Shown piece by piece: positions 8,409-19,499 of a stretch of DNA of 64,000 bases (its first letter is position 1; the number at the start of each line of letters is the position of its first letter). A model generated the notes under the pieces. That model did not search any database. It was not told the DNA's origin and saw only the letters and a program-made list of their open reading frames with translations. Source of the stretch: an uncultured Mycoplasma sp. (GTDB taxonomy: Bacteria; Bacillota_I; Bacilli_A; RF39; UBA660). A program made the position numbers and the translations under genes. The stretch is taken from positions 56,765-120,764 of the forward strand of contig CANRTI010000002.1 of NCBI GenBank assembly GCA_947642635.1, in the 5' to 3' direction.

Positions 8409-8417
8409 GAGGATAAT

Positions 8418-8687
8418 ATGGCAAGAAGTTTAAAAAAAGGACCTTATGTTGAAGAATCACTTTTAAAAAAGGTTCAAAAATTAAATTCAGAAAATAAAAA
8501 ATCAGTTATTAAAACTTGGTCAAGAAGAAGTACAATTTTTCCTGATTTTGTTGGACATACAATTGCTGTTCATAACGGTAAAGAACATGTGCCAGTTTAT
8601 ATAACTGAAGAAATGGTTGGACATAAACTAGGTGAATTTGTGAGTACTCGTAAATTTACTGGTCATGCTGGTGGAGGTAATAAATAA
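8418..8687 (+). CDS. rpsS: 30S ribosomal protein S19
   Basis: [11 protein letters not shown]... and ...[23 protein letters not shown]... Confidence 0.97.
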   Translation: MARSLKKGPYVEESLLKKVQKLNSENKKSVIKTWSRRSTIFPDFVGHTIAVHNGKEHVPVYITEEMVGHKLGEFVSTRKFTGHAGGGNK

Positions 8688-9040
8688 TGGAAGCTTATGC
8701 AATACATAAAGGAGCGATAATTAAACCTCGCTTAGCTAGAATGACAATGGATTTAGTTCGTGGTAAAGATGTAGAAACTGCAAGAAGAATTTTAGAAACT
8801 ACCAATACTAAAGCTAGCAAAATGATTTTAAAAGTATTAAATTCTGCTGTTGCAAATGCTGTTAATAATAATGGTGCAAAAGAAGAAGAATTAGTAATTA
8901 AAGAATGTTTTGTTAATCCAGGAACAGTATTAAAAAGAATTCAATTTGCCAGTCGTGGTAATGTTGATCGTCACGATAAAAGAACTAGTCATATTAAAGT
9001 AGTTGTAACTGATAACAAAAATGAAGGGAGTGTAGCATAA
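8687..9040 (+). CDS. rplV: 50S ribosomal protein L22
   Basis: Operon position; ...[16 protein letters not shown]... and ...[13 protein letters not shown]... Confidence 0.93.
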   Translation: MEAYAIHKGAIIKPRLARMTMDLVRGKDVETARRILETTNTKASKMILKVLNSAVANAVNNNGAKEEELVIKECFVNPGTVLKRIQFASRGNVDRHDKRTSHIKVVVTDNKNEGSVA

Positions 9041-9720
9041 TGGGACAAAAAGTTAATCCAGTCGGATATCGTTTAGGTGTTAATAAAGATTGGGAATCAC
9101 GTTGGTATGCCAAAAAAGATTATGCTGACAAATTAAATAAAGATATTAAAATAAGAGAATATATTTTAACTAATTTAAAAGATGCTGCAATTTCTTCTGT
9201 TATTATTGAAAGAAAGAAAAACAGAGTTGACGTTACAGTAAAAACTGCTAAACCGGGTGTTATTATTGGCCGTGGTGGTGAAGATATTGAAAAGTTACGC
9301 AAAAAAATTGCAAAATTAATTAACGAAGAAGTATTTATTAATATTTTAGAAGAGAAAAATCCTAGTTTAAATGCTAAATTAGTGGCTGATAATATTGCAA
9401 TGCAAATTGAAAATAGAGCACCATTTAGATCTGCTCAAAAAAGAGCTATTAGAGATACTATGAAAGCTGGTGCTAAAGGTATTAAAACATTAGTATCAGG
9501 TCGTCTTAATGGTGTGGAAATGGCTAGAAGTGAAGGATATACTGAAGGAACAGTGCCACTTCATACTATTCGTGCTGATGTTGATTATGCACAAAGTGAA
9601 GCTAATACTACTTATGGAAAAATTGGGGTTAAGGTATGGATTTATAAAGATGAAATTCTACCTGCTAAAAGATTAAATAAGAAGGAGGCGACTTCAGATG
9701 TTAATGCCAAAAAGAACTAA
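9040..9720 (+). CDS. rpsC: 30S ribosomal protein S3
   Basis: [24 protein letters not shown]... It overlaps rplP by 23 nt. Confidence 0.97.
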   Translation: MGQKVNPVGYRLGVNKDWESRWYAKKDYADKLNKDIKIREYILTNLKDAAISSVIIERKKNRVDVTVKTAKPGVIIGRGGEDIEKLRKKIAKLINEEVFINILEEKNPSLNAKLVADNIAMQIENRAPFRSAQKRAIRDTMKAGAKGIKTLVSGRLNGVEMARSEGYTEGTVPLHTIRADVDYAQSEANTTYGKIGVKVWIYKDEILPAKRLNKKEATSDVNAKKN

Positions 9721-10111
9721 ATATAGAAAGTCGCACAGACTTACTTATGATGGTAAAGCTAAAGGAAATACAACTTTAACAAAAGGTGATTATGGTCTAA
9801 TGGCAATGGAAGGAAATTGGATTAGTGCTCGCCAAATTGAAGCAGCTCGTATAGCGATGACTCGTTATATGAAACGTGGTGGTAAAGTATTTATTAATAT
9901 TTTTCCACATTTACCTATTACAAAAAAACCCTTAGAAACAAGACAAGGTAAAGGTAAAGGTGGCGTTGACCAATATGTTGCTGTTGTTAAAGAAGGAAAA
10001 ATTATGTTTGAAATTAGTGATGTAGAGGAAGCAATTGCAAGAGAAGCATTAAGACTTGCATCACACAAATTACCAATCAAATGTAAATTTGTAAAAAAGG
10101 ATGGTGAATAA
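9698..10111 (+). CDS. rplP: 50S ribosomal protein L16
   Basis: [11 protein letters not shown]... and ...[20 protein letters not shown]... Confidence 0.96.
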   Translation: MLMPKRTKYRKSHRLTYDGKAKGNTTLTKGDYGLMAMEGNWISARQIEAARIAMTRYMKRGGKVFINIFPHLPITKKPLETRQGKGKGGVDQYVAVVKEGKIMFEISDVEEAIAREALRLASHKLPIKCKFVKKDGE

Positions 10112-10113
10112 CA

Positions 10114-10323
10114 GTGGATATTAAAGAAATAAGAAAATTATCGGATCAAGAATTAAAAGAAAAGATAAAAGAAACAAAAGAACAATTATTCACAAAAAGA
10201 ATGCAACAAGCAAATGGGACATTAGAAAAACCAGTTGAACTTCGTTTATTAAGAAAAGATGTTGCAAGAATGAAAACTATCTTAAAAGAAAGAGAGTTAA
10301 ATGGAGGTAAGGATAATGACTAA
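10114..10323 (+). CDS. rpmC: 50S ribosomal protein L29
   Basis: GTG start; ...[21 protein letters not shown]...; operon position. Confidence 0.9.
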   Translation: MDIKEIRKLSDQELKEKIKETKEQLFTKRMQQANGTLEKPVELRLLRKDVARMKTILKERELNGGKDND

Positions 10324-10573
10324 AAGAGTACAAGAGTTTGTTGGAAAAGTTGTAAGTGATAAAAACGATAAAACAATTACTGTTTTAGTTGAAACTTATA
10401 AACGTCATCCTTTATATAATAAACGTGTAAAATATTCAAAAAAATATGCAGCACATGATGAACAAAATCAAGCTAAAATGGGAGATACAGTAAGAATAAG
10501 AATGACTAAACCTATTTCAAAATCTAAAAAATATGAATTAGTTGCTGTTATTCAAGAAGCTGTAATTCTTTAG
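10316..10573 (+). CDS. rpsQ: 30S ribosomal protein S17
   Basis: ...[29 protein letters not shown]... The ATG at 10316 follows GGAGG. The ORF-track start at 10301 is probably too far upstream. Confidence 0.93.
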   Translation: MTKRVQEFVGKVVSDKNDKTITVLVETYKRHPLYNKRVKYSKKYAAHDEQNQAKMGDTVRIRMTKPISKSKKYELVAVIQEAVIL

Positions 10574-10584
10574 GAGGTATACTT

Positions 10585-10953
10585 ATGGTAATGCAAGAAT
10601 CAAGATTAAAAGTTGCTGATAATTCTGGCGCTCGTGAAATTTTAGTAATTAAAGTTTTAGGTGGTAGCAAAGTTAAAAGTGGAAATATTGGTGATGTAGT
10701 TGTTGGAACTGTAAAAAAAGCTATTCCAAATAGTAATATTCCTAAAGGAAAAGTTGTTAAAGCTGTAATTGTAAGAAGTGTTGAAGGCGTTCGTCGTAAT
10801 GATGGATCTTATATTAAATTTGATGACAATGCTTGTGTACTAATTAAAGACGATAAAAGTCCGGTTGGTACAAGAGTATTAGGTCCAGTAGCTAGAGAAT
10901 TAAGAGAAAAAGATTATATGAAAATTATTTCTTTGGCTCCTGAGGTTTTATAG
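10585..10953 (+). CDS. rplN: 50S ribosomal protein L14
   Basis: [18 protein letters not shown]... Confidence 0.97.
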   Translation: MVMQESRLKVADNSGAREILVIKVLGGSKVKSGNIGDVVVGTVKKAIPNSNIPKGKVVKAVIVRSVEGVRRNDGSYIKFDDNACVLIKDDKSPVGTRVLGPVARELREKDYMKIISLAPEVL

Positions 10954-10961
10954 GAGGAAAT

Positions 10962-11222
10962 ATGAAAATAAAAGTAAATGACAATGTTTTAGTTATTGCT
11001 GGTAAAGATAAAGGAAAAACTGGTAAAGTAATTAAAACTTTAAAAAATGAACAAAAAGTTGTTGTTGAAGGTATCAATATTTCCAAAAGACACACAAAAC
11101 CAAGAACAAATAATGATAATGGTGGTATTTTTGATATTGAAATGCCTATCCATGTTTCTAATGTTAAAAAAGTAGATCAAAAAGAAGAAAAGAAATCTAC
11201 AAAAAAGAAAGCTAGTAAGTAG
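10962..11222 (+). CDS. rplX: 50S ribosomal protein L24 (short form)
   Basis: [25 protein letters not shown]... KOW motif; operon position. Confidence 0.93.
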   Translation: MKIKVNDNVLVIAGKDKGKTGKVIKTLKNEQKVVVEGINISKRHTKPRTNNDNGGIFDIEMPIHVSNVKKVDQKEEKKSTKKKASK

Positions 11223-11230
11223 GTGAATTT

Positions 11231-11770
11231 ATGAGTAATTTTAAAGAATTATATGAATCAAAAATTAAAAATGATTTAATGAAAGAATTTAATTATAAAA
11301 GTATCATGCAAGTTCCTAAGTTAGAGAAAATTGTTATAAACATGGGGGTAGGCGAAGGAAGTCATGATGTTAAGTTTATTGAAGCAGCAGTAAAAGATTT
11401 AGAATTAATTGCTGGTCAAAAAGCTGTTGTAACAAAAGCTCGTAAATCAATTGCTGGTTTTAAATTAAGAGAAGGTCAACCTGTTGGAGTTAAAGTAACT
11501 CTTCGTGGTGAAAAAATGTACAATTTTATGGAAAAATTAATCAAAGTTAGTCTTCCTCGAGTAAGAGATTTCCGTGGTATATCAGCTCATGCTTTTGATG
11601 GTAAAGGAAATTATACATTAGGGATTAAAGAACAATTAATTTTCCCAGAAATTGAATATGATAATGTTTATAAGATTCGTGGTATGGACATAGTTTTTGT
11701 TACTACTGCAAACAGTAATGACGAAGCTCATGCTCTATTAAAGGCATTTGGAATGCCATTTAAAGGTTAG
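11231..11770 (+). CDS. rplE: 50S ribosomal protein L5
   Basis: ...[15 protein letters not shown]... and ...[11 protein letters not shown]... Confidence 0.96.
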   Translation: MSNFKELYESKIKNDLMKEFNYKSIMQVPKLEKIVINMGVGEGSHDVKFIEAAVKDLELIAGQKAVVTKARKSIAGFKLREGQPVGVKVTLRGEKMYNFMEKLIKVSLPRVRDFRGISAHAFDGKGNYTLGIKEQLIFPEIEYDNVYKIRGMDIVFVTTANSNDEAHALLKAFGMPFKG

Positions 11771-11778
11771 GTGAAATT

Positions 11779-11964
11779 ATGGCTAAAAAAAGTATGATTG
11801 TAAAAAATAATCGAAAACAAAAATTTTCTTCAAGAGAATATACAAGATGTGAAAGATGTGGAAGACCACATGCAGTCTTAAGCAAATTTAAATTATGTCG
11901 TATTTGTTTTAGAGAACTTGCAAATAAAGGCCAAATACCTGGCGTTAAGAAGTCTAGTTGGTAG
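11779..11964 (+). CDS. rpsN: 30S ribosomal protein S14, type Z (zinc-binding, 61 aa)
   Basis: The cysteine pairs CERCGRP...CRIC and the terminal ...KKSSW. Confidence 0.95.
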   Translation: MAKKSMIVKNNRKQKFSSREYTRCERCGRPHAVLSKFKLCRICFRELANKGQIPGVKKSSW

Positions 11965-11979
11965 GAAGGAAGAGTATAT

Positions 11980-12378
11980 ATGTTTGTACAAGATAAAATA
12001 GCAGATATGCTAACTCGTATTCGTAATGCTAATATTATGAAATATCCCACAGTAGAAGTTATGGGTACAAAAATGACATTAGGAATTGCGGAAATATTAA
12101 AAAACGAAGGTTATATTGAAGATTATAGCTATGAAAAGAATACTACTGGTGATAAATTAACATTAACACTTAAATATGGTGCTAAAAAAGAAAGAGTTAT
12201 CACCGGGTTAAAAAGAATTAGTAAATCAGGTTTAAGAGTATATGCAAAATCTACTGAAATTCCTCGTGTTCTTAATGGATTAGGTATTGCAATTATTTCA
12301 ACTTCAAAAGGTCTTATGACAGATAAAGAAGCAAGAAATGCTAAGTTAGGAGGCGAAGTCCTTGCCTATATTTGGTAA
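11980..12378 (+). CDS. rpsH: 30S ribosomal protein S8
   Basis: ...[13 protein letters not shown]... and ...GGEVLAYIW. Confidence 0.96.
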   Translation: MFVQDKIADMLTRIRNANIMKYPTVEVMGTKMTLGIAEILKNEGYIEDYSYEKNTTGDKLTLTLKYGAKKERVITGLKRISKSGLRVYAKSTEIPRVLNGLGIAIISTSKGLMTDKEARNAKLGGEVLAYIW

Positions 12379-12384
12379 GTTATT

Positions 12385-12921
12385 ATGAGTAGAATAGGTG
12401 AAAGAAAATTAGCTATACCTGAAGGTGTAGAAGTAAAAATTGAAAATAATACTATTACTGTTAAAAGTAATAAAGGTGAATTAAATTTTGATTTCAATAG
12501 TTTAATTGAAGTTTCAGTTGTAGATAATACTGTTTGCACTAAACAAATTAAACAATCAAAAAAAGCAAATATGATGCAAGGTACTACTAATTCATTAATA
12601 AACAATATGCTTATTGGTGTTTCAAAAGGTTTTGAAAAAGGTTTAGAAGCAGTTGGTGTTGGATATCGTTTCAATGTTCAAGGCAACAAATTAGTAGTTA
12701 GTGCTGGTTATTCTCATCCTGTAGAAGTTATTGTTCCTGAAGGATTAAGTGTTGAACTTATTAACAATACCGAAATTCTAATTAAAGGAATTGATAAACA
12801 AAAAGTAACAGAATTTGCAGCAAACATTAGAAAAATAAGAGAACCAGAGCCATACAAAGGTAAAGGTATTCGTTATAAAGGCGAAGTTGTTCGTCGTAAA
12901 GAAGGAAAGAAAGCGGCTTAA
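12385..12921 (+). CDS. rplF: 50S ribosomal protein L6
   Basis: MSRIGERKLAIPEGVEV... and ...EPYKGKGIRYKGE... Confidence 0.96.
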   Translation: MSRIGERKLAIPEGVEVKIENNTITVKSNKGELNFDFNSLIEVSVVDNTVCTKQIKQSKKANMMQGTTNSLINNMLIGVSKGFEKGLEAVGVGYRFNVQGNKLVVSAGYSHPVEVIVPEGLSVELINNTEILIKGIDKQKVTEFAANIRKIREPEPYKGKGIRYKGEVVRRKEGKKAA

Positions 12922-12932
12922 GGAGGTAAAAT

Positions 12933-13289
12933 ATGATAAGAAAAGAATCTAGAAATAGTACTCGTTTAATAAGACATAAAAGAGTTAGAAAAAATATTAC
13001 TGGAACTTACGCGCTGCCAAGAATGAATGTTTTTCGTTCTAATACTGGAATTTATGTACAAGTAATTGATGATGCATCAGGAAAAACATTAGTATCATCT
13101 TCTAGTCGTAGCCTTAAAATTGCTAATGGTGGAAATATCGAAGCAGCAAAATTAGTTGGTAAAGATATTGCTGAAAAGTGTAAGAAAGCTAAAATTAATA
13201 AAGTAGTTTTTGATCGTGGTGGTTATTTATATCATGGTCGTGTAAGTGCTTTAGCAGATGCTGCCAGAGAAGCAGGATTAGAGATATAA
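12933..13289 (+). CDS. rplR: 50S ribosomal protein L18
   Basis: ...[10 protein letters not shown]... and ...[26 protein letters not shown]. Confidence 0.96.
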   Translation: MIRKESRNSTRLIRHKRVRKNITGTYALPRMNVFRSNTGIYVQVIDDASGKTLVSSSSRSLKIANGGNIEAAKLVGKDIAEKCKKAKINKVVFDRGGYLYHGRVSALADAAREAGLEI

Positions 13290-13299
13290 GGAGGACGTT

Positions 13300-13818
13300 A
13301 TGGAACAAAAGAAAGTTAATAGAAGAAATAATGATGCAAAGAAAAATTTATTAGAAGAAAAAGTTATTTCAATATCTAAAGTAACAAAAGTAACAAAAGG
13401 TGGAAGACATTTCCGTTTTAAAGCTGATGTTGCTGTTGGTAATAGAAAAGGACTTGTTGGTATTGGAACAGGTAAAGCTAATGAAGTTTCTGAAGCAATC
13501 AAAAAAGCTATTCAAGCAGCAAACAAAAACGTTATTAAAATATCTTTAATTGATAATAGAACCATTCCTCATGAAGAAACAGGTAAAGTTGGTCGTAGTG
13601 TTGTTTTAATAAAACCAGCTAAAGAAGGACGCGGAATTATCGCTGGTGGTGCTGCTCGTGCCGTTTTAGAACTAGCTGGTGTTAAAGATATCGTTGCTAA
13701 AAGCTTAGGTGCTAATACTCAAATTAATGTTGCAAAAGCGACATTAGAAGCATTACAAAATCAACGTACTCCAGAACATATCGCAGCTTTACGTGGCAAA
13801 AAAGTGGAGGAATTATAA
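13300..13818 (+). CDS. rpsE: 30S ribosomal protein S5
   Basis: ...[34 protein letters not shown]... Confidence 0.96.
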   Translation: MEQKKVNRRNNDAKKNLLEEKVISISKVTKVTKGGRHFRFKADVAVGNRKGLVGIGTGKANEVSEAIKKAIQAANKNVIKISLIDNRTIPHEETGKVGRSVVLIKPAKEGRGIIAGGAARAVLELAGVKDIVAKSLGANTQINVAKATLEALQNQRTPEHIAALRGKKVEEL

Positions 13819-13819
13819 T

Positions 13820-14263
13820 ATGAGATTAGAAAATTTACCGAAATCAAAAGAAACTAAAAGTATTAAAAGAGTTGGTCGTGGACCAGGTAGTGGAATGGGT
13901 AAAACATCTACACGTGGTGAAAATGGTCAAAAATCTAGAAGTGGTGCATCAATACCAGCTTGGTTTCAAGGAGGTCAATCTCCATTATATAGAAGAATTC
14001 CAAAAAGAGGATTCAATAATAAAAGATTTAGAGTTGAATTTGCAACAATCAATTTAAGTGATTTAAACAAATTTTTCAAAGATGGAGAAACAGTTACTCC
14101 TGAAATATTAAAGGAAAGAGGAATAATTAAAAATAGCCTATGCGGAATTAAAGTACTTGCAAATGGTAGTTTAGATAAAAAATTAACAGTACAAGCGCAT
14201 AGATTTTCTTCAAAAGCAGTTACCTTAATTGAAGAAGCTGGCGGCAAAGCTGAGGTGATTTAG
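13820..14263 (+). CDS. rplO: 50S ribosomal protein L15
   Basis: MRLENL...[25 protein letters not shown]... The start at 13820 lies one base after the rpsE stop, so there is no room for rpmD (L30). Confidence 0.94.
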   Translation: MRLENLPKSKETKSIKRVGRGPGSGMGKTSTRGENGQKSRSGASIPAWFQGGQSPLYRRIPKRGFNNKRFRVEFATINLSDLNKFFKDGETVTPEILKERGIIKNSLCGIKVLANGSLDKKLTVQAHRFSSKAVTLIEEAGGKAEVI

Positions 14264-15526
14264 ATGTTTCAAGGAATTTCCCAAATATTTAGTAAGGGAA
14301 ATAAAGATTTACGCAAAAGAATTTATTTCACATTAGCTTGCTTAGGATTGTTTTGTTTAGGAACAACAGTAACTATTCCTTGGGCTTCTAAAATATATCA
14401 AGAATTAGGTTTCTTAGAAATATTTAACTTAATGAGTGGTGGAGGATTACAAAACTTTTCCATCTTTGCTTTAGGAGTATCCCCTTATATTACCGCATCA
14501 ATTTTAACTCAATTACTTCAAATGGATATTATTCCATATTTTAAAGAGTTAAAAGATCAAGGTTATGTAGGGCGTCAAAAAATTAATAAAATAACAAGAT
14601 ATTTAGCAATTATATTGGCATTTGTCCAAGCATATGCTTTATGTGTATTTTATATGAAAACTCTAGGCACTATGGATATTATTAAAACATCACTTGTAAT
14701 GACTGCCGGAACTAGTTTCTGTCTATGGCTAGGTGATGAAATTACTAAAAAAGGAATTGGTAATGGTTCATCAATGATTATTCTAGCAGGTATTATTCAA
14801 AGTTTACCAAGAATATTTATTGGAGCTTATGATGCATTTATTAATGGTACATTTGCATTAGGCGTTGGCATTACACTATTTATAATTTTTATATTAGTAT
14901 ACATTTTAGTTTTAGTAGGAATTATTTATATTCAATTAGCAGAACGTAGAATTCCAGTACAATATGCTAATAAAACTAATAGTGCCTATGGAGCAGCTCA
15001 AAGTTATTTACCAATTAAAATGAATTCAGCTGGAGTTATTCCTGTAATTTTTGCTCAAATACTATTAACAATCCCATCAACAATTGTAGCTTTAACTAAA
15101 AATGAAGCAGCAATCAATTTTGTTGAAAAATATATTGTTTATACATCAAATACTGGATTATTATTATATTTATTATTAATTTTATTCTTTGGATATTTTT
15201 ATACATTTATGACAATGAATCCAGATGAGATGAGTAAAAATTTAAATGAAAGAGGCGGATATATTCCAGGAATTAGACCTGGTGAAGATACTTCAAAATA
15301 TATAAGTAAATCTTTAAGTCGCCTTACTGTATTTGGCAGCATATTCTTAATGGTTATAGCTGTCTTACCAGTATTAATTAGTAAATTCTCAAATCTTTCT
15401 AGCACTGTAACAATTGGTGGAACTGGACTTTTAATTGTAGTCGGAGTAGCCATTGAAACATATAAACAAATGGAAAGTAGTCTTTTAGCTAGAAGTTATA
15501 AAGAAAAGAGAAAAAGATTAAGATGA
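14264..15526 (+). CDS. secY: preprotein translocase subunit SecY
   Basis: A multi-TM protein with ...DLRKRIYFTL..., ...GVSPYITASI..QLL... and ...GG.IPGIRPG..T..Y...; spc operon position. Confidence 0.96.
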   Translation: MFQGISQIFSKGNKDLRKRIYFTLACLGLFCLGTTVTIPWASKIYQELGFLEIFNLMSGGGLQNFSIFALGVSPYITASILTQLLQMDIIPYFKELKDQGYVGRQKINKITRYLAIILAFVQAYALCVFYMKTLGTMDIIKTSLVMTAGTSFCLWLGDEITKKGIGNGSSMIILAGIIQSLPRIFIGAYDAFINGTFALGVGITLFIIFILVYILVLVGIIYIQLAERRIPVQYANKTNSAYGAAQSYLPIKMNSAGVIPVIFAQILLTIPSTIVALTKNEAAINFVEKYIVYTSNTGLLLYLLLILFFGYFYTFMTMNPDEMSKNLNERGGYIPGIRPGEDTSKYISKSLSRLTVFGSIFLMVIAVLPVLISKFSNLSSTVTIGGTGLLIVVGVAIETYKQMESSLLARSYKEKRKRLR

Positions 15527-16161
15527 AAAATGTGATTTTTATAGCTCCTCCAGCAGCTGGCAAAGGAACTCAAAGTGAAATACTTGTTCAAAAGGGATAT
15601 ATTCATATTTCTTCTGGCAATATGTTACGAAATGAGATTAATTTAAATACTCCGCTAGGAAATGCCATTAAGAAGCAAATGGCTGCAGGAGAGTTAATTG
15701 AAGATGAATTGATTTTTGAAATTATATCTCAGAAAATTAATAATTTAACTAAGCCATTTATTTTGGATGGTTTTCCAAGAGATTTAAAACAAGCCAAAAT
15801 GTTAAATTATTTATTTCAAGAGTTATCTATTAATAATTATGAAGTAATTTATTTAGATATTGCTAAGGAGGAAGCTTTAAAAAGAGCATTAGGAAGATTA
15901 ACTTGTAGTTGTGGTGCTACATATAATTTAAATTATAAAAAAACAAAACCACAAAATGATGGTATTTGTGATAAATGTCATCAGGAATTAATTATTAGAA
16001 ATGATGATAATGATGATACTATCAAAAACCGTTTTGCAACATTTATTAAAAATGCGGAAGATTTAAAGAAATACTATCTGAAAAAAAATAAATTGCATAT
16101 AATTGATGTTTCAATAGGGTTAGAAGAAGTAGCAAAAAAAATTAAGGAAATCTTATTATGA
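15523..16161 (+). CDS. adk: adenylate kinase (Zn-lid type)
   Basis: P-loop APPAAGKGTQ; lid cysteines CSCG...CDKC. Confidence 0.95.
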   Translation: MKNVIFIAPPAAGKGTQSEILVQKGYIHISSGNMLRNEINLNTPLGNAIKKQMAAGELIEDELIFEIISQKINNLTKPFILDGFPRDLKQAKMLNYLFQELSINNYEVIYLDIAKEEALKRALGRLTCSCGATYNLNYKKTKPQNDGICDKCHQELIIRNDDNDDTIKNRFATFIKNAEDLKKYYLKKNKLHIIDVSIGLEEVAKKIKEILL

Positions 16162-16901
16162 TAAGTATTAAAAGTACAAGAGAAATTGAATTAATGAAGC
16201 AAGCTGGTCATATCAATTATTTAACTCATCAAGAAGTAGCAAAAAACATTAAAGTTGGAATTAGTACTAAAGCTTTAAATGATATTGCTCATAAATTTAT
16301 AATTGCTCATGATGCAGAACCTTCTTTTCTAAATTATGAAGGTTATCCAGCAAGCATTTGTATTTCAATTAATGATGAAGTGGTACACGGAATTCCATCA
16401 AAAAGAAAATTAAAAGATGGTGATGTTGTATCAATAGATATAGGTGTTCTATATAAAGGGTATCATTCTGATTCAGCTAATACATATATAGTTGGTAAAA
16501 ATAACAAAGATGTTTGTGATTTAGTTGAAAATACTAGAAAATCTTTATATGAAGGCTTGAGTGTTATTAAATCTGGTGTTAAAATAAATGACATTGGAAA
16601 AGCAATTGAGGATTATGCAAAATCGAAAAATTTAAGTGTTGTTCGAGAATTAGTCGGGCATGGTGTTGGAACTAGTATTCATGAAGATCCTGATGTTCCC
16701 AATTATTATACTAGTGATAGAACTATCTTAAAAGAAGGCATGGTTATTGCAGTGGAGCCAATGCTTAATTTAGGAAGTAGACATATCTTTTTAGAGGAAG
16801 ATGATTGGACAATCAAGACTGAAGACGGCCTACCAAGCGCGCATTTTGAACACACAGTACTTGTTACAAAAGATGGATATGTCATATTAACAGGAGAGTG
16901 A
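16158..16901 (+). CDS. map: type I methionine aminopeptidase
   Basis: ...VVHGIPS...GD.VSIDIG...GYH.D...GHG.G...HE.P...EPM... metal-ligand pattern. Confidence 0.95.
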   Translation: MISIKSTREIELMKQAGHINYLTHQEVAKNIKVGISTKALNDIAHKFIIAHDAEPSFLNYEGYPASICISINDEVVHGIPSKRKLKDGDVVSIDIGVLYKGYHSDSANTYIVGKNNKDVCDLVENTRKSLYEGLSVIKSGVKINDIGKAIEDYAKSKNLSVVRELVGHGVGTSIHEDPDVPNYYTSDRTILKEGMVIAVEPMLNLGSRHIFLEEDDWTIKTEDGLPSAHFEHTVLVTKDGYVILTGE

Positions 16902-16908
16902 GAAAAAA

Positions 16909-17178
16909 TTGGCAAAATCGAAAAAAATAACTGAATCAAAAGTAGCAAATTTAGCAGAATCAAAAAAGAATGATAAAATAGAAGTAGAAGGCAAAGTCAT
17001 TGAAGTTTTAAAAGGAGCAGATTACTTAGTAGAACTTTCTAATGGCCATACTGTAACTGCCTACGTTTCTGGTAAAATGCGCATAAATACTATACGTGTT
17101 TTACCGGGTGATACCGTTACAGTTCAATTGTCGCCTTATGATTTAAAACGTGGGATAATTACATGGAACAAAAGATAA
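16909..17178 (+). CDS. infA: translation initiation factor IF-1 with ~17-aa N-terminal extension (TTG start)
   Basis: ...[11 protein letters not shown]...[18 protein letters not shown]...ILPGD.V.V.LSPYDL.RG.I. No in-frame ATG or GTG lies nearer to the conserved core. The TTG at 16909 follows CAGGAGAG. Confidence 0.85.
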   Translation: MAKSKKITESKVANLAESKKNDKIEVEGKVIEVLKGADYLVELSNGHTVTAYVSGKMRINTIRVLPGDTVTVQLSPYDLKRGIITWNKR

Positions 17179-17191
17179 TGGAGGGAATTTT

Positions 17192-17305
17192 ATGAAAGTT
17201 AGACCATCAGTAAAGAAAATATGTAAAAAATGTAAAATAATTAGAAGAAATGGCAAAGTTATGGTTATCTGTGATAATCCTAAACATAAGCAAGTTCAAG
17301 GTTAG
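17192..17305 (+). CDS. rpmJ: 50S ribosomal protein L36 (37 aa; absent from the ORF track because it is under 60 aa)
   Basis: Translates to [37 protein letters not shown] and is preceded by GGAGGG. Confidence 0.95.
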   Translation: MKVRPSVKKICKKCKIIRRNGKVMVICDNPKHKQVQG

Positions 17306-17316
17306 GAGGAATTTTT

Positions 17317-17691
17317 ATGGCAAGAATTAAAAATATTGAACTACCAAGTGAAAAACATATTTGTATAGGACTTACAGCAATTTATGGGATTGGTCGTCCC
17401 CTAGCAAAAACAATTTGTAATGATGCAAAAGTTGAAGAAACAAAAAAAGTTAAAGATTTAACTGAAGATGAAATTGCAAGCTTACGTAAAGAAGTAGACA
17501 AATACGTTGTTGAAGGTGATTTACGTCGTGATGTGCAAATGAGCATCAAAAACAAAATGGAAATAAATTGCTATGAAGGTGTTAGACACAAAAAAGGTTT
17601 ACCTGTAAGAGGGCAAAGAACAAGCCGTAATGCAAAAACTCGTAAAGGTAAAGGAAAAGTTGTAGCTAACAAGAAAAAGGTTGGAAAGTAG
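17317..17691 (+). CDS. rpsM: 30S ribosomal protein S13
   Basis: MARI.NIELP..K...IGLT.IYGIGR..A..I... Confidence 0.96.
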   Translation: MARIKNIELPSEKHICIGLTAIYGIGRPLAKTICNDAKVEETKKVKDLTEDEIASLRKEVDKYVVEGDLRRDVQMSIKNKMEINCYEGVRHKKGLPVRGQRTSRNAKTRKGKGKVVANKKKVGK

Positions 17692-17701
17692 AGGTTAAGT
17701 T

Positions 17702-18085
17702 ATGGCATATAATAGAAGAAAAAGAAAAGTTAAAAAGAATATTCCAGAAGCAGAAGCTCATATTCAATCAACATATAATAATACAATCGTTACAATTAGT
17801 GATAAAGATGGTAATGCTATCAGTTGGTCAAGTGCCGGAAGAATTGGTTATTTAGGAAGTAAAAAGAAAACTCCTTATGCAGCTGGTCTTACTGCTGAAG
17901 CTGCTGCTACTGCTGCAATCGAACAAGGTGTTAAAAAAGTTGACGTATATGTTAAAGGTTTAGGACCTGGTCGTGAAAATGCAATTAGAGCATTACAAAG
18001 TGCTGGATTAGAAATAACAAGCATTAATGATGAAACACCAATTCCACATAATGGTTGTAGACCACCTAAAAGACCAAGAAACTAA
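17702..18085 (+). CDS. rpsK: 30S ribosomal protein S11
   Basis: ...[26 protein letters not shown]... and ...[13 protein letters not shown]. Confidence 0.96.
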   Translation: MAYNRRKRKVKKNIPEAEAHIQSTYNNTIVTISDKDGNAISWSSAGRIGYLGSKKKTPYAAGLTAEAAATAAIEQGVKKVDVYVKGLGPGRENAIRALQSAGLEITSINDETPIPHNGCRPPKRPRN

Positions 18086-18104
18086 CTAAAGAAAGGAATA
18101 TTAT

Positions 18105-19052
18105 ATGATGATAAAATTTGAAAAACCAGAATATAAAATTACTGAATATGTTGAAAGTAACCATTTTGGTAAATTTGAAATTGATCCATTAGAAAGAGGA
18201 TTTGGTACTACTATTGGTAATGCTTTAAGAAGAGTCTTATTATCTAGTTTACCAGGTAGTGCAGTAACAAGTATCAAAATAGATGGTGTTTTACATGAAT
18301 TTCAAAAAATTGAAGGTGTAGTAGAAGACGTTACTGCAATTGTGTTAGCTATTAAAAATCTAGTTGTAAAAAATCATTCTGAAGAAATAAAAACAATTAG
18401 ATTATATGCTGATACAGAAGGTCCAGTTACTGCTGGAATGATTGAACGTGATGCTGAAGTAGAAGTTGTTAATACTGATTTAGTAATTTGTAATTTAGTT
18501 AGTGGCGGTAAAATTGATATTGAAATGACTGTTGAAAATGGTCGTGGTTATGTTGAAGCTAAAGAAAACAAAAAAAGATTAGACAATGCTAAAGTTGGAA
18601 CAATTGCAATTGATTCGTCTTATACACCAATTGAATTAGTTAAATATGAAGTTGTTGATACTCGTGTTGGTCAAAATGAAAATTATGATAAATTAATAAT
18701 GGAAATATCAACAAATGGTAGTATAACTCCTGAAGAAGCTATCGCATTAGCAGCAAAAATATTAGTTGAACATTTTAATATTATTTCCGATTTAAATGCG
18801 ATTAGTGATTTTTCAGGATTGATGCAAGAGAAAAAAGTTGATACAATTACAAAAACACTAGAAACTCCAATTGAAGAAGTTGAATTTAGTGTAAGAGCAT
18901 ATAATTGTTTAAAAAGAGCAGGCATTCATACTGTTCAAGATTTAGTTGATAAAAGAGAAACAGAAGTTACCAAAATTAGAAACCTAGGTAAAAAGAGTTT
19001 AAAAGAAGTTCTTGATAAGGTTGCTGATTTAGGGCTTACATTTAAGGAGTAA
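18105..19052 (+). CDS. rpoA: DNA-directed RNA polymerase subunit alpha
   Basis: ...FGKFEI.PLERGFGTT.GNALRRVLLSSLPG.A... and the C-terminal domain ...EFSVRAYNCLKRAGI.TV.DL... Confidence 0.96.
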   Translation: MMIKFEKPEYKITEYVESNHFGKFEIDPLERGFGTTIGNALRRVLLSSLPGSAVTSIKIDGVLHEFQKIEGVVEDVTAIVLAIKNLVVKNHSEEIKTIRLYADTEGPVTAGMIERDAEVEVVNTDLVICNLVSGGKIDIEMTVENGRGYVEAKENKKRLDNAKVGTIAIDSSYTPIELVKYEVVDTRVGQNENYDKLIMEISTNGSITPEEAIALAAKILVEHFNIISDLNAISDFSGLMQEKKVDTITKTLETPIEEVEFSVRAYNCLKRAGIHTVQDLVDKRETEVTKIRNLGKKSLKEVLDKVADLGLTFKE

Positions 19053-19058
19053 TGGATT

Positions 19059-19400
19059 ATGGCATATAGAAAATTAGGAAGAGAAACAAGAATTAGAAGA
19101 AGCATTTTAGCAGGACTTACTAAAGATGTTATAATGCATGAAGGGGTTGTAACAACTGAAGCAAGAGCTAAAGAAGTTCGTAAGTTTGTTGATAAAATGA
19201 TTACTTATGGTAAAAGAGGAACTTTAGTATCTCGCCGTAAAGCATTAGCATTTTTACATAATGATAAAGATGTTACTAACAAAATTTTTAATGAACTTGC
19301 TAAAAGATATGAAAATCGTAATGGTGGTTATACAAGAATTATTAAACTTAAAGAACGCCGTGGCGATGATGCTTTAGAAGTAAGAATTGAATTAGTATAA
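19059..19400 (+). CDS. rplQ: 50S ribosomal protein L17
   Basis: MAYRKLGR....R..IL..L......H..V.TTEARAKEVRKFVDKMIT.GK... Confidence 0.95.
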   Translation: MAYRKLGRETRIRRSILAGLTKDVIMHEGVVTTEARAKEVRKFVDKMITYGKRGTLVSRRKALAFLHNDKDVTNKIFNELAKRYENRNGGYTRIIKLKERRGDDALEVRIELV

Positions 19401-19408
19401 TTATTAAA

Positions 19409-19436
19409 AGTAATGAATAGACTCATTACTTTTTTA
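19409..19436 (+). terminator. Rho-independent terminator ending the ribosomal supercluster
   Basis: AGTAATGA (19409-19416) pairs with TCATTACT (19423-19430), followed by T5. Confidence 0.8.
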
Positions 19437-19499
19437 TTGCTAAATTTTTGGATAAATAGTACAATTAAAGTGATATTTAAATTCAGGAGGTTATGATAA

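Noticed and set aside
13872-14057. Same-strand alternative-frame ORFs inside rplO (13872-14057), the PIG-L gene (26321-26542 and 27310-27531, + strand) and the M23 gene (31813-32097).
   Set aside because: They are nested within well-supported genes and have no independent translation signals or recognisable products.
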